From Amoebophrya sp. A120 (Eukaryota; Protista; Dinoflagellata): a stretch of DNA of 64,000 nt. A program made the position numbers and the translations under genes. A model generated the notes under the pieces. The model ran no database searches. It worked only from the letters and a program-made list of their open reading frames with translations, and had not been told where the DNA came from. The stretch covers positions 786,609 through 850,608 of the forward strand of contig CAJINV010000018.1 in assembly GCA_905178155.1 (NCBI GenBank), written 5' to 3'. Shown here in pieces: positions 1 through 12,574 of the stretch (positions are counted from its first letter, which is position 1; each line of letters begins with the position of its first letter).

Positions 1-1193
1 GAAGCTCGTATACGTTCGCCGGACCGCACCGTCCGCATCGCACTGCAGAGCCGGTTATCAAATGCAAATATGTTTGTCTGGGCCTGGAAGTAGATTTGGG
101 GAGTTGTTTGTCATGCAAATTGTACATGGCCTCCGATGCCTGTGATGCATTTTCTAGCGTCACAGCTTTCATCACAGAGTAGGTTTGCTCATGCCTCTTC
201 TGCATGATAAAAAATGCCCTCTGTGAGCGGCAACAATCTGAGCGCCTTTGGCCTCTCATGCAATACAGATTTTTTTGTGATCGACACCTAGCATCACAAA
301 TCCAATTCTTTCCAGACCCAGACATATTTGCAATGCATACCTCTAGCACCTGTTCCTGGTCGTCATCGTGTAGTTATCCTGTGCAAAAGTATCGCACTCG
401 TACAAATGCAAGTCTTGCATTACAAATCTTGTTCCCAAGGCAAATCTGCATTACAAATTTTATTTCTCATGCGGAGGAAATTTGTAATGCATTTATACGA
501 GTACGATACTTTTGCAATTCATAGTAGTTCTCGATCCGCAAAAGCCCCTCTGCTGGGCGAAACGCTGCACTTTGTGACGAAGCTCGTATACGTTCGGCGG
601 ACCGCACCGTCGGCATCGTACTGCAGAGCCGGTGGCTCGCCCGGTAGCTCCTCACAGAAATGCTCCAAGGCTTCAATCACCTGGCTCACGGTTTCGTTGG
701 GTGCCTTCAGCTTGGCAAATTCGGACGGGATGACGAATTCGACGCCGGCGGGCGGTTTTGACGATGAGGATGTTGACGCTTGCATTTGCGAGGACCCAGT
801 GTGAGATGTTTGCTGGACTTCTTCTTGTCCATCGTTCTTGTCGTCCCCTCCGGATTCGGATGTATTGCCTCCTGTAGGAGTAGGCGGAGCCCCCGGGGAC
901 GAATTTTTCTCGTCTGAGCCGCTAAGCCAGCGCCGGGCGGAGCCGGAGGTCGGTGGTGCGTTTGCGTTTCGCATCGGTCTCGAGGAGCGTCGTGCACCAG
1001 AGGAAAATAAATTACCGGCATGGGAAGCAGGAGCGACCCGCGAACCGGTGCTCCTACAGCTGGTGGTCGTGCACCCGACCAGAGATACAGAAACTCTCGT
1101 TGCATTTTTCAAATGAACTAGTCTGGAAGATGACACCAAAAGCGGCATCGGGCAGGAGACGCCAAAATTCTGATCACCCTCTTGATGCAGCAA
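1..1193 (-). CDS. Hypothetical protein, multi-exon, 3' end outside window
   Basis: ORF 519-1193 continues through exons 341-374 and <1-54 once introners are removed (ADREL-HDDDQEQVL..ALQCDADGAVRRTYTSF); internal peptide repeat. Confidence 0.6.
56..339. mobile_element. Introner family B (TIR core ATGTCTGGGTCTGGAA)
   Basis: TIRs at both ends; diverged DR ccggt/cctct. Confidence 0.8.
375..523. mobile_element. Introner family A (TIR core TGCAAAAGTATCG)
   Basis: TAT..ATA ends; DR gtagt. Confidence 0.9.
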
Positions 1194-1771
1194 CTGCTAC
1201 TAAACTTGCATGCCTCCACAGACAAAAAAAGTCATCTTTATTATGGAAAACTCGCCATGAATCGAAAACTTTTCTGCACGCGAGAGGGAGGCAGTAGAGA
1301 AACAAACTACGTACTGCTTCCGAGTTACAGGACGAAGAAGACAGAACAAGAACAGCCCAACATAGTATGTAACTACTCGCGAGTTAGTTTCTCGGCGATC
1401 GTCCTCATTTATTTTTCCATCACGTCGTCGAGCAGAAACATTCATTCGCATCGATCATGCTTTAAACGATTATGATCATTTCATCCTACAAGTAGCAGAA
1501 ACATCAAGCAGCGAAAGGAAAGCGACAGGAAGAGTCGTCTGGTGGCATTAGCTGCTGCATTCTTGCTATTGTACGGGTCCGCTTCCTGTTCTAGCAACCT
1601 GTCATTCAGAAGCAGATCGACGAAATTAAAAGATGTAAAACTCCTGCACAGCGAAATTTGTTGGCGGGTGTCTACTTAGCACTATTGCGATACTTGCAGC
1701 AAAATTTCCACCAACGTATGATTTCTGTGGTTTTATTTTTTATACATTAGTTGTACTAGCACTTAACATCT

Positions 1772-2600
1772 TCAGTCGTCGTCTTTTGACACCCGCCCTC
1801 CCGCACCGACGAAATCTTTCCAGAATCGCAGGTCGTGCTTACCGAGAACCAAGCATTCGAAGCACATTCTGCAGTCTCCCAACAGGGAGAAAACCGTATG
1901 CATTGCAAAAGCAAAGAAAGCACTGCACCGCACTAGCAGAAATTGCATGACAGATTTTGCCAAGAAAAAAATTGGAATTTCTCATGCTGATTCACATAGA
2001 AAACCTGATTTGTCATGCTTGACTGCAATTTGTATGAGTGCGATACTTTTGCAAAGGATAAACCGCACACCGCAGCGATTTCAGAGTGACCGGTTTGTTC
2101 TGTTCCACGAAGAAGTGCGCGCCCCAGGCGAAGCTGTACCCGCACAGGGCCGCTTTCAAAGCGTTTTGCCCGATCATCGAGAGGAAGCAGTCGAGGTGGT
2201 AATTTTCGTTGTCGTTTTCCACCGTTGCCGGCTGCAAAAACTTCCGCAGGGAATCCGAGCGCCCGAGGGAAAGAGCGAACAGCAGTGCGTAGTAGGTCAA
2301 GAGGACCACCGTGAAGGCCAAGTAGTACAGCAACGTGGCCCCGAAGGGGATGGCAAACAGCGTCCCGACACAGTGCAGCACCTTGGTCAGCGGTTTCCTA
2401 TGTTCCGTTAGGTAGTACGGGTAAAACTCGGCGAACGTGGTAATTTTCGTCGCGTCAACGAGGACCTTTGAGGGCGCTGTACTCCCTATGTTATTGTTCG
2501 GCGGGGTAGAGGACATCAGGGTAGTGGGTTTTGAGAGAACAAGGCTACTATCGTTATTTGAGGAAGTCGTTTGTAACAACGGAGTTTCAAAGGACGACAT
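1772..2600 (-). CDS. Mpo1-like / DUF962 membrane protein, 2 exons
   Basis: TFAEFYPYYLTEHRKPLTKVLHCVGT, GYSFAWGAHFFVEQNKP, and FSLLGDCRM after removing introner 1897-2060. Confidence 0.8.
1897..2060. mobile_element. Introner family A, opposite orientation to 375-523
   Basis: DR aaccg. Confidence 0.9.
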
Positions 2601-3247
2601 AATTTTTCTCGATGACCGTTGTCTAGAGATTTTATTTTTCAGTCTACCTAGTACTAGTTCCGCGGCCGCTGTGTCACGACATTGTCTTAAAAAAATGTTC
2701 TTTTGTTTATATTTACACTGAGTTGTCAATGGAGCAGAGTATATCAATTTGATCGGGGGACGACGCGAAGTGGAATAACACGAAAGCGATCTTCCGGTGG
2801 ATTCCCGCGCTAGATATTCAAACAGTTAATTATGGTGTGCGCTCCAGAACTATTGGCTAGAAATACCCGAAAGGATGTTGAAGAGGACCTGCGTTTTTGT
2901 TGTAGAAAACGACGAAAGCCGTTCAGTAGAGGAAAACACTGCAGCATACAGGAAGAGTTCCATTCCAGCAGGGCAGCACACAAGAAGAACTATACTACGA
3001 CGCATAGGCCTATCCGTGCGACATCATCAGCCATCACAGGAGGATAAAACTGTACCTACAACTTGTCTTCGACCCAGCACATGTCTATCGAAAAAAAAAC
3101 CGAAGTCAGAGCGGCGAGGTGCGCAAGCGCCCGGGCTAGAACTTGCAACTACTTCTTGCTGTTTCAAAATAAAGGTAGAACACATCTTCAGTGACAGTGC
3201 CACATGAAAACGAAATCAAAAATCATTGTCCGCCTGCTATCGCATTT

Positions 3248-6200
3248 TCATTTTGCACTTTGCAGGGCTTGATGATATAGTACTGCGCTTTCATCAACTT
3301 GTACTCTTTTGTCCTGCGGATGTTGATGACTTTGAGTAGTTTCTCTCGCGGCCAGCAGTAGCTCGCTCGTTCGGACGTGGATATCATGATTAAATCCGTG
3401 CTTTTTCTTCTTGGATGTTGTAGCTGTACCAGCTAGCTGAACTTTCTGCAAGACAAAGCTTGGGTCATTGTACTTTGGGCAATTGAGCCACTTCAGCTCC
3501 CAGTTTGCCAGGAGGTGGGATAGATTCAAATGTCCATACATTCTATGGGCGTTCATTTCCACGCCCCCACGGTAAATCGGAGAGTCATACGGATTTATTT
3601 CATTTTTGGTACTAGTTTTAACACTCTCGTGCTCGACGTCGCGCGAAGTAGACAATGCTGTTCTCCTAGCCAACGCCGTCGTGTGTTCAGAACCAGCTTC
3701 ATCCGGAGGAGCAAGAACATCAGATACAAAGACCTTGTCGGAAAGAGCGGGTCCACCACTCGTCAACACCTTTTCATCATGAGCGATATCCAACAGATCT
3801 TTTATGTTGAGCGGGCGCTTCTCTTGCACGCTGTAGTTCGGCAAGATCGTCGTGGTGCTCGTAGTTGTCTGCATTTGCGAATCCAGGGCAAAAATTATGT
3901 CTGGGACCACTTCTGGAAGAAGAGAATGCAAGATTTGTCATCCCCATTTGGCATGACGACCCATCAAGTCTGTGATGTAGTGTGCTTTAGCATCACAGAT
4001 TTTATCTTTAGAGCCTCTTCCTCTTGATACCTACCCCGCTCGACGAAAAATGCCCTCTCAACCACGGTGCAAAAAGTTCTAAACAAGTCCTCTTGCTGTT
4101 GCTGGTCACTCATGCAATACAGACAGATTTTTTGAGAATCGAAAGGGCAGCATCACGAGTTGCACTCTTTCTCTTCCAGATGAAGATCCACACATTATAT
4201 TTGCAATGCATATTGCGCCTTCGACAGGTTCGGCCGGATTTTTCGGGATCGTCCCGTATCCAAGGGAATCTGATTCGCAACCGGGGCGTGGATGAACCGG
4301 TCGTCGACTTATGAACTGCAAAAGTATCGTACTCGGAGTTGTATTGCAACACAAATTAGCTCAGCATGACAAATGGAATTTGTCATGCTGATTTAGCTTG
4401 AAAAAAAAATTTGTCTTGGATGACTGCTATTCGTACCAGTACGATACTTTTGCATAGGATACGACTTCCAGAGAAGCAGCGTCATCCTCCACTCCAGGCA
4501 TGCCGAGCAGGAAATGCCCGTTGTCTTTCACGATGCAATACGCCTTCGCCATGGTGATCAAGTCCCCGTACGGATTGACGGCGTCCCCGTACCTCCCGAG
4601 CCCAGAATGCTCGATGGACGAGTCGGAGACCACGAGGTCAAATTTCTTCGAATCTTCAGAACTTATGGACGTAATATTTCCAACATCCTCTTGCTGGTTC
4701 TTGTCCAACGATATTTCCGACACGACGAACCGCAGAAACTCGTCCGGCACGTAACTCCTCATGTTCGGGTGCTGCAAAACCAGGTACGCGTACTCCAAGG
4801 TCACCACTTCCTTCGCGCCGAGCGCGACGCACATGCCCTCCAGCACCGGCGACTGGGTGCCGATGACCAACACCTTCTTGCCCCGCAAGTCGAGCTCGAG
4901 CAACTTGTGAAACAGCAGGATTCCGTGCTGGTAGGCAGAGTTCCAGATCCGTTGGTGCAGGTTGTATTTTTTCCTCAGCGTCTATGGAACTGTCAGGTTT
5001 GAAATCGTCAGAGTTGACATAGTTTGTCATGCATAAAATGCAACGCAGAAAGTGCCTGTCTTGCCGGGATGGCAAGTGAGGCAGATTGTGAGGCTATTTA
5101 GGGGAGGTTGAAGTAGAGCTGCTAAAAGAGCACGACAAATAAAGCAGTCCTCTGTGCCCAAACAGCATGACAAATCGGATTCCGGTACTCCGAAAATTTG
5201 TCATGCGCCGCTTGGAAATTGGTCTTCCAACTGGAACTGGTATCCATTTTATGCATGACAAATCATACATTTCATTTTCAACTTTATCGATTTCAATCCT
5301 GACACTCCCATAGCGTCTCCGTCACGTGGGTGCCGTTACGGTACCAGTTGGGGAAAAAAAACGCGGATTTCTCCCTTTTCAAATCTTCACTTTGATCAAA
5401 ATCCCGGCTGAGCAGCTGAAACAGCGCCACCCAGGGCTGGATGAAATCGTTCTTTAGGGTGTCAAACGAAAAGAACTGGTGCGGCAGAAGGTACTGCAGC
5501 CCGTTGTGGTGGTAATTCGTGACGGGCAGTTGGTTGCCGTACGAAAACTATGCTGTGCAAAAGTATCCCGCTCGTAGTAATTGCAGATATGCATGACAAA
5601 TCTTCCTCCTAAGGTAAAACAGCATTACAAATCCAAGTTTTCTTCTTGCCAAAATTATTTGTAAAGCAATTTATACTAGTACGTTACTTGTGCAATGCAT
5701 AAAAACGCGTACTCGGTGATTTTCGTGATGTCCCGGCCTTGCTTCGGGGTCTTATCAAATGTAAAAATGTCTGGGTCTGGAAGAATGCAACTTGTCATGC
5801 TAAATCCGAATCATGCAGAAATCTGTGTTGCATGAGTGCCAAAAGCTGTCCCCTTTTGACCAAGTTAGTAGTAGTAGTAGTAGTAACCATTTAACTCCTG
5901 GCGGGTGGGCGTTAGAACAGATTTAGCCTCTGCCAATACCTGGGCGTTAGAACAGATTTAGCCTCTGCCAATACCCCTAGGTGGATACTTGCTCCACTTC
6001 CTACCTACCACCCGGCCGCATCCGCAAAACCGCTATCGATTGCTTACGCGTAACTACGACCAGTGGGCGCTACGTGTGGCAGAACCCCCTTACCAAGTTG
6101 AGAGGGAGTTTCTCATGCAGGAAAGGCATGATAGAGACCTCAAAGAATCTGTCATGCTGGATCTCGCATTCCAGACCTCATGGGTCATGGAAAAGCTGCA

Positions 6201-7350
6201 TGACAAATCGCGCATTCTTCCAGACCCAGACATTTTTGCATTTGATGGGTCTTGAACAACCCAAATTTGACCAAGCTTCCGCGTTCCATGCTCTTGCTGT
6301 GCCACAGTCGGTGGCAGTCGAGTTTTTTCGTTACCTTATGCGAGGGCGCGGACTTCATGGGCATAGCCACAGGAGATCGTGGCGGAGCTGCGGCCGCGGA
6401 GGTCCCCATAGACATAGTACTCCCCTCCGTCGAGCTATCTACCGGTGCAGATGGCTGTTCGCTGGTAGAAGTACTAGTACTGCACTGCCCCCGTCCGGTT
6501 CGCAAGACCGACAGCGCCCTTCGGTAGGACTCCTGGCTCCAGACCGAGCCTGGCTCCGCACCAGGTGGTGCTCCTGGTAGTTGCAGATCATGATCTGTAT
6601 CCTCTTCTGCCGACGTCCACTCCATTTTCTTCCGCAGCTCTTCCGCCTCATACCTCTCCGCCTTGATCTCTGCGTCCACCGAGGCGTACTTCCAGAACAA
6701 GTCCAGATCCACCGTGACCCCGCGGCACACGCTGCCGCAGTCCTGGGCCATCTGGAAAAATTCTTCATGTTGCACACACGTTGGCCAGCACAGCGGGGAA
6801 TATCCCGTGCAAAAGTATCGTACTCGTGTCGTAGTAATCGCATTTATGCATTACAAGTCTCTTTCTCAAGGTAAATCAGCATTACAAATTCCATTTGTAA
6901 TGCTGGGGAATTTGTAATGCAATTTATACTAGTACGATACTTTTGCACAGGATAGGGAATTCTTCGGCGCGAAGAGCGGGTCGTGGTCGCAGAAGGAGCC
7001 ATATCCTGTGCAAAAGTATCGCACTCGTACTAATTGCAATCATGCATGACAAATCTTGTTTCTTAGAGAAATCAGCATTACAAATTCCATTTTTCCTTCT
7101 GGAAAAATTTGTATTGCGATTTATACTAGTACGATACTTTTGCAATGCATAAGCCACAGCTCACGTTCCAAGGATGAAAAATCTTATCGTGCTTGAGCAA
7201 ATGGCTCGTCCACAGGGCCTCATCCCGGTACAACGGATCCACGAAGGCATGGGCGGGTGTTGTGATCGTGAAGTAGAAATAAAGTGTTCTTGTGCCGACC
7301 ATGGAGACGAGGAGAAGATGGCGAACGAGAAACTGAATCTTTTTTTGCAT
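3248..7350 (-). CDS. DUF268 family (methyltransferase-like) protein, about 8 exons, N-terminal hydrophobic segment
   Basis: KKVLVIGTQSPVLE, EVVTLEY, SSIEHSGLGRYGDAVNPYGDL, NAHRMYG; exons join in frame across 7 introners. Confidence 0.8.
3880..4212. mobile_element. Decayed introner family B
   Basis: Degenerate TIRs; DR ttgcg intact. Confidence 0.75.
4310..4461. mobile_element. Introner family A
   Basis: DR cgact. Confidence 0.9.
4983..5312. mobile_element. Introner family E (TIR core TGTCAGG(A/T)TTGAAAT)
   Basis: DR gcgtc; homologous to 34549-34856. Confidence 0.9.
5549..5701. mobile_element. Introner family A
   Basis: DR aaaac. Confidence 0.9.
5753..6247. mobile_element. Introner family B carrying a nested insertion
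   Basis: DR ggtct; body matches 35096-35357 apart from the insert. Confidence 0.9.
5867..6091 (-). mobile_element. 5'-truncated non-LTR retroelement (LINE/SINE-like) 3' end
   Basis: 8-bp TSD accaagtt (5859-5866, 6092-6099); (TAC)n tail on minus strand; 35-bp tandem duplication 5906-5975. Confidence 0.7.
6801..6954. mobile_element. Introner family A
   Basis: DR gggaa. Confidence 0.9.
7002..7151. mobile_element. Introner family A
   Basis: DR agcca. Confidence 0.9.
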
Positions 7351-9763
7351 TTTGCAAACAGTAAACGCGAACAGCAAGTAGTGGAGCTGGAGCTATGTTC
7401 ATGTTGTATATTAAATAGTCATTTAGTATTTGCAGAACTCCACCGCTGATCAGCATTTACGACCTCTTCCGCGGCCTGACTGAACGAGAACCCTGTAGAG
7501 TTTATGTTCCACGCTTGGAAACAAGATAGGAGTTGTAGCAGAACTCGACGAATACAAGGCAAGCGACAAGCGTCGACCTCGCCTCGGCCAAAAGCAAAAC
7601 AAAACAACATATATAAGACCCAGGATTTGGATTGCGCACAGCACAGGAAATGAGAACAGCGTAGGCCTCTTGGGACCACCTCAACTCTGTCATCTCCGCC
7701 ACAAAAAGCCGGCGCGTTCCCGCGGCAGGCACTCCTGGTAAGTATCTATTTTCGTGATGGCAGCATCAATTTCAATTTTCATTCGTCGCAAGCGTCATCA
7801 TCTTGAACTTGATGTTGACTGCTTGTCGACAAATCAAAGTACTGAGTACGGTTTTTCGATGCTGTCGGCCGCGACCAGCTACGGGGCTGCGGCTGACTGC
7901 ATCGTGCATTCATCCTGCGCGAGAGCGGATGGGAATGCCGCTGCCTGGGTGGTCATGCTCCCTCAGAAATATTTCAAACTAATCTCTTGCACGGGTGGAT
8001 TAGAAGACTTTGTTCGGGGTGGAATGAATTGCTATGCTGTCTCCACATCAACGACCAGCGAAGTAAAAATACTAAATACCGCGAGCGGTGAGGCCCCCGG
8101 GAATAGTGAACTGAGCGCTCTTCCTCGCCGTCCACCTCAAAATCTACGCAACTCCCTTGAGATTTATTCGTGCTCTACTCGCGGGACTGCTGGTATCGTG
8201 CCACTATACAACTCCGCAGACCGGCGACCCCTCCTGGCATCCGGCAGCAACAACGTCTAGATAGTTGTACACTTGCATACTTGTTACCACGAGTTTTTAA
8301 TATGGACGTCTCATCGGCCTCCAGCATCATCCTGCAGAAGTACGTAAATAATAAACCCAACGCAGTGTATGGGAACGTGGCAAGGTTGCGCAGATTGAAG
8401 ATGAGTAGCGACTTGCGTTGGAAAGGAAAAGGAATGGAATCCATTCAACAATTTTAATTATAATTACACGTTTGCCCACTCAATACATACGTACGTCAGC
8501 TGGAGATGTGGCTCGGCCGGCAAAAAAGAAAAAGAATGAAAGGTCTCAAAAAAAAAGAAAAAGAAAACCACGTAGTTGTCAATGCGTGATAAATGTAAAC
8601 ATGAAAAAAAAAGTAGCAAATCAGAATCACTCGGCGTCCTTAATTAGAATTACAGATACTTATGCATAAAGGTCACTCTCGTCCACAGTCTCAGTCACTG
8701 ACATGAGACCGAGGCGTGGAAATAGGTCTATCTCGTCTACTGGACTCATATCATTAATTGATAGCTCTCATTTAGTGTTCCTCGTCGTTTAGATACATTA
8801 ACATTTTTTTTTTCGAAAATAGGAATAGCATGAGCAGGAACCGAATCGCACTGACCAGCAGCACAGTGATTCCTCGCGTCACTGCCGTCGTCGTCATCGC
8901 GTTGTAATCGTAATCCACCACGCTCAGCACTACAACAATGGGAATCTAACTCTTTGTCTGGCTCATCGTCATAGTCAGGTCATGCTCTTGCTTCCTTGTA
9001 TTTTTACATTTAGAGTTCTACATCGTTGAATCTTTATACTTTTTTTTTTTTTTTTTATGCAAATTACTGACAAAAGGGCTATAAAAGTTCCAAAAACGAC
9101 ATAGAAGGATGGCTTTGGCTGCTGCTGTTCCTGTCGTCCTCAGTACTTCGTTCTTCCTCTTGCTTTCGTTTAGCATGCGCCCGCTGGATTTGAACTCGCT
9201 GGGTTGCTCTTGGCAGTTATACTTGTTACGTACGTATAAATATATTACTGTGGAGATAAGCTTGATCAGATGCAGCTCGTGCGTTTCGTGTCTTCATTTT
9301 GGCGCCGCGACGCCAGCCCCTGTGCTGCTCTTCTACTGCTCCGCATTTTCGTCCGTCTCCGTTCTTGTCCATGGAAATTCCGCATTTTTTTTCGTCCGGA
9401 GCCGGCGGCAACTACGGACTCACAAAGAGAGCGTCAATATCTTTCGTTTTGAGCTCTTCCGTTTCCTCATCTTTCGTTTTGTATCCTTCTCGAAGATCAC
9501 GACCCCAAAAAACCGAATCCTCTCGTCTACTTTTCTCATGACAAAGGACCACTTTTGTTGCACCAGTTGCGGTCGTTTCGCTGCAAAATTTTTTCTTGTC
9601 AACATTCTGTCCACCATGCAAAGGCAGCTGCAGGGGGCTTTCAAGAACATGAACATCATCACCATGCTCCCTTAAATCAAGGGCGACAACGACGACGACG
9701 CGAACGTCGCCTTAATCTTTTATAATTGAATTTGGTCGTCTTTAACTTGCTGGTTGAAGACTC

Positions 9764-12569
9764 CTATTGTATCCTTCTTGTTACTTCCATCACGTCGTTG
9801 TCGCCGTGCCGACAAGAGTCATGATTTTGAGAAGTGGAAATTCGGGTTCTTTCGGCAGTCGTGATCATCGACGTCGCATTTGATAAACCGGGAATCGCGT
9901 CTTCGAGTTTGATGGGCATGTTGCGGACAAGCTCGTCCCCGGAGTCATCCATCATCAGCGCCGGAGAATCCATCTGCAGCTGCACCAGCGCCCGTCGGTA
10001 GGGCAAGGGACTTGTTCTTTTCCGGGACAGGTCGGTCTTTTGGATGCGCTCAAAGTTTTCCCCGAAAACGTTCTTGCAGGTCTGGAGAGCATGCAGCCGG
10101 ACCAACGCATCTCCACTACGAGGTGCTCCGGCCAACAACGCCACAGCCTGGCCCTTTCCAACAGCCGCTTGGAGCTTCTCGGCGAAGGCAGGCGCTTGCG
10201 GCGGGTGGCCGTGGGGGCGGAGCAGCCGGTCTCTCCGCGAGTAGTATTCGTTCAAGAGCACCACACCTGTGCGATACACGGCTATTGTGAGGAAAAATCC
10301 CCCCAGCCCATATCGAAGAGGAAATTATGTGTACTGTCATGCTGAGGGCACAAGGCCTTCCAACACCAGCCAGCACCACAGTCCGCATCCCTTTCGTTCT
10401 AGCATGACAACGTGATTTGTGATCACATCAAATCATGCTGCATAAATCTCCGTTTTTATATGGGGAGTGGGGATTTTTCACTTTGATAAAGGCGCCCAAA
10501 ACGCGACAGTGCCGCCAGGCGGGGGCGAACACCATGGATACCCACATGCTGCGGTAACTCTTCTGCCAGGGTGGAATTGTGGCTTCATGCTCGTCAGATC
10601 GCTTCTGTCGGCGGGCGCGCGTAGAGGGAGTGATTTCCTGCGGGAAACGACGGGACGAGGTGCTCCCGGGAGCCCGTCCCTGGGGCGTCATCGGCGGATC
10701 ATCGTTGAGTTGTCTACTTCGAGCTGCAGGAGAACTTGGTCTAGGGCTGCGGAGTCCCTCCAACCCCCCTGCAGCTTTGGCTGCTAGATCCTCCCGAGCT
10801 TCCCTAGCAAGCTCCTCCTCCCTTGCATACCTCCCATGGGGAGTTCCGGTATGTGCCGGGGTTGTCTGCACGGACTGCGACACCGCGTTTTCGTACACAG
10901 CTGCATCTTTCAGTCTGCGCTCCCCCGCGGCCTTTTGATTCTTATATTTCTTTGCCTGCTGCTGCTTCTCTCTGTCGAATTTGCGCTCCACGTGCTCCAG
11001 CTCCCGTAGGTTCCGTCTGTACTCGTCCGACACCGACCATACTCCTGCCCAGTCCTGGCGCTTGGTCCACTCGAGGCTACTGCGACTCTCTGCCAATGCA
11101 TGCTTGTACTCGTTCAAGTATTGCAAACTTTGTCTGTTCCATTCCTCCAGCTCTTCCAGCTCCCCGTAAATCGCCGCAATCAGGGGCGCCGCGGAACTCT
11201 GCAGTTGGCGCACCGCCCTGCTTTGTGCCTTCATGCCCAGATCGCCGTGACGGAAGGCGCTCGAGAACGGATCCGGCCAAGGCACATTTGACGGATTCCC
11301 GGCATCCACGGGCACAAACTGGCCCAGAGCATGATGCGTCCGCTCCGCCACCTTGTTGATGACCCTGAGCAGCTGTGCGCCTGCGTAGAAGAAAGAGCTC
11401 GCTGCAGCATCCTGAAGCGGCAGGTCGTAAAACGAAAGAAGCAGCTCCGTCACCTTGGGCAATCTGGTCAGATCGTAGTAAAAGAGATTTGTGTGCTGGT
11501 CAAATTTCGAAAGGGGCGCCGCGGGATTGTCCCGCTGGCCGAAAAACGGTCCCAGGTCGGGATTCGCAGTAGGGGAAAAACCGGTGGCCTCCAACGCTTT
11601 CGTAAATTCAGCTTTTTCATCCTCAACACGAATATCCTTATTCCCGCATGGTACGAAAAAAATGCAGTTTCACTGTGGTTTCGATTGTCCAATTAAACGA
11701 CTCGCATGACTACAACTGACGAGTTTATTTTTCTTTCGCACGAAGACAGGAAAAATTATCCGACCTGCTCATGCGTGGCTTCACTCCACCATAGTTTGCG
11801 ATGAGATGAAACTGGCAACAAGAAAAAAAGACTTTCTGTTCTTTCTTGCAATTGATTTTTTTTTTCTATTTTCCAGCGCAGTTACATTTCTAGCAAGACA
11901 TAAACAAACACTCATGGTCCTGGTCGCATGCTACAACATAACGCATGCACATGCTCCGCATACACAAGTTCACCCTTTACAGTGACACCGATTCATCTGG
12001 TTTTTCGTGCGATATTTTGCCTTGGCCAGCACCACGCCTCCTCAATCTCATGTCGATCGCTTGCTCCTTATGGCACGCTCACGCACTACATTCTCAACTG
12101 TTGCACTCTTTGCCATGCAGAATCACTTTCACCCTGCAATCGATTCAGCATCTTTGCGTGTTGACAAGTTCTCGCCGCGCTCAATAGCGGCACTAGCATC
12201 CGTGCCAAATCTGCATTGCAAGACGCGCAAAGTCTTTCCCGTTCCCTTTTGCTGCTATTCTTGCGTCACAAAAATTTTATGTAACAGTTGAGAATGTATC
12301 GTGTGAGAGCGCCTTACTCCTGCTCCTCGATATACGGCTTCCCGCGTCCGGGGGGAGGAGTCCTTCGCTTCTGAAGCAGAAATTGAGCAAAGCCCCGCGA
12401 GCTGCAATGATGATGACCTTGTGGTTGTGCTGCTCGACCTCGATGTCACAACAGAAATAAACGCGGTGTCTTTTTTCTTCGTATATAAGTATGTTGATGT
12501 TGTCGTTTTAGTCTCTACAAGTTGTAAAAGTTCAATTAAGGTTTTCATCAAGGCACCTGTCCCCCGCAT
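9764..12569 (-). CDS. Hypothetical protein with a coiled-coil-like region, multi-exon; 5' end uncertain
   Basis: 388-aa ORF joins 171-aa ORF across introner 10283-10488; further introners upstream imply more exons. Confidence 0.55.
10283..10488. mobile_element. Introner family H (TIR core GAAAAATCCCC..CCCATAT)
   Basis: DR acggc/aaggc. Confidence 0.85.
12069..12316. mobile_element. Introner family D (TIR core TACATTCTCAACTGTT)
   Basis: DR ctcct. Confidence 0.8.
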
Positions 12570-12574
12570 GCCGA

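Noticed and set aside
7500-9700. Possible small genes (7754-8260 +, 9412-9665 -)
   Set aside because: No recognisable motif or consistent exon chain; cannot be supported
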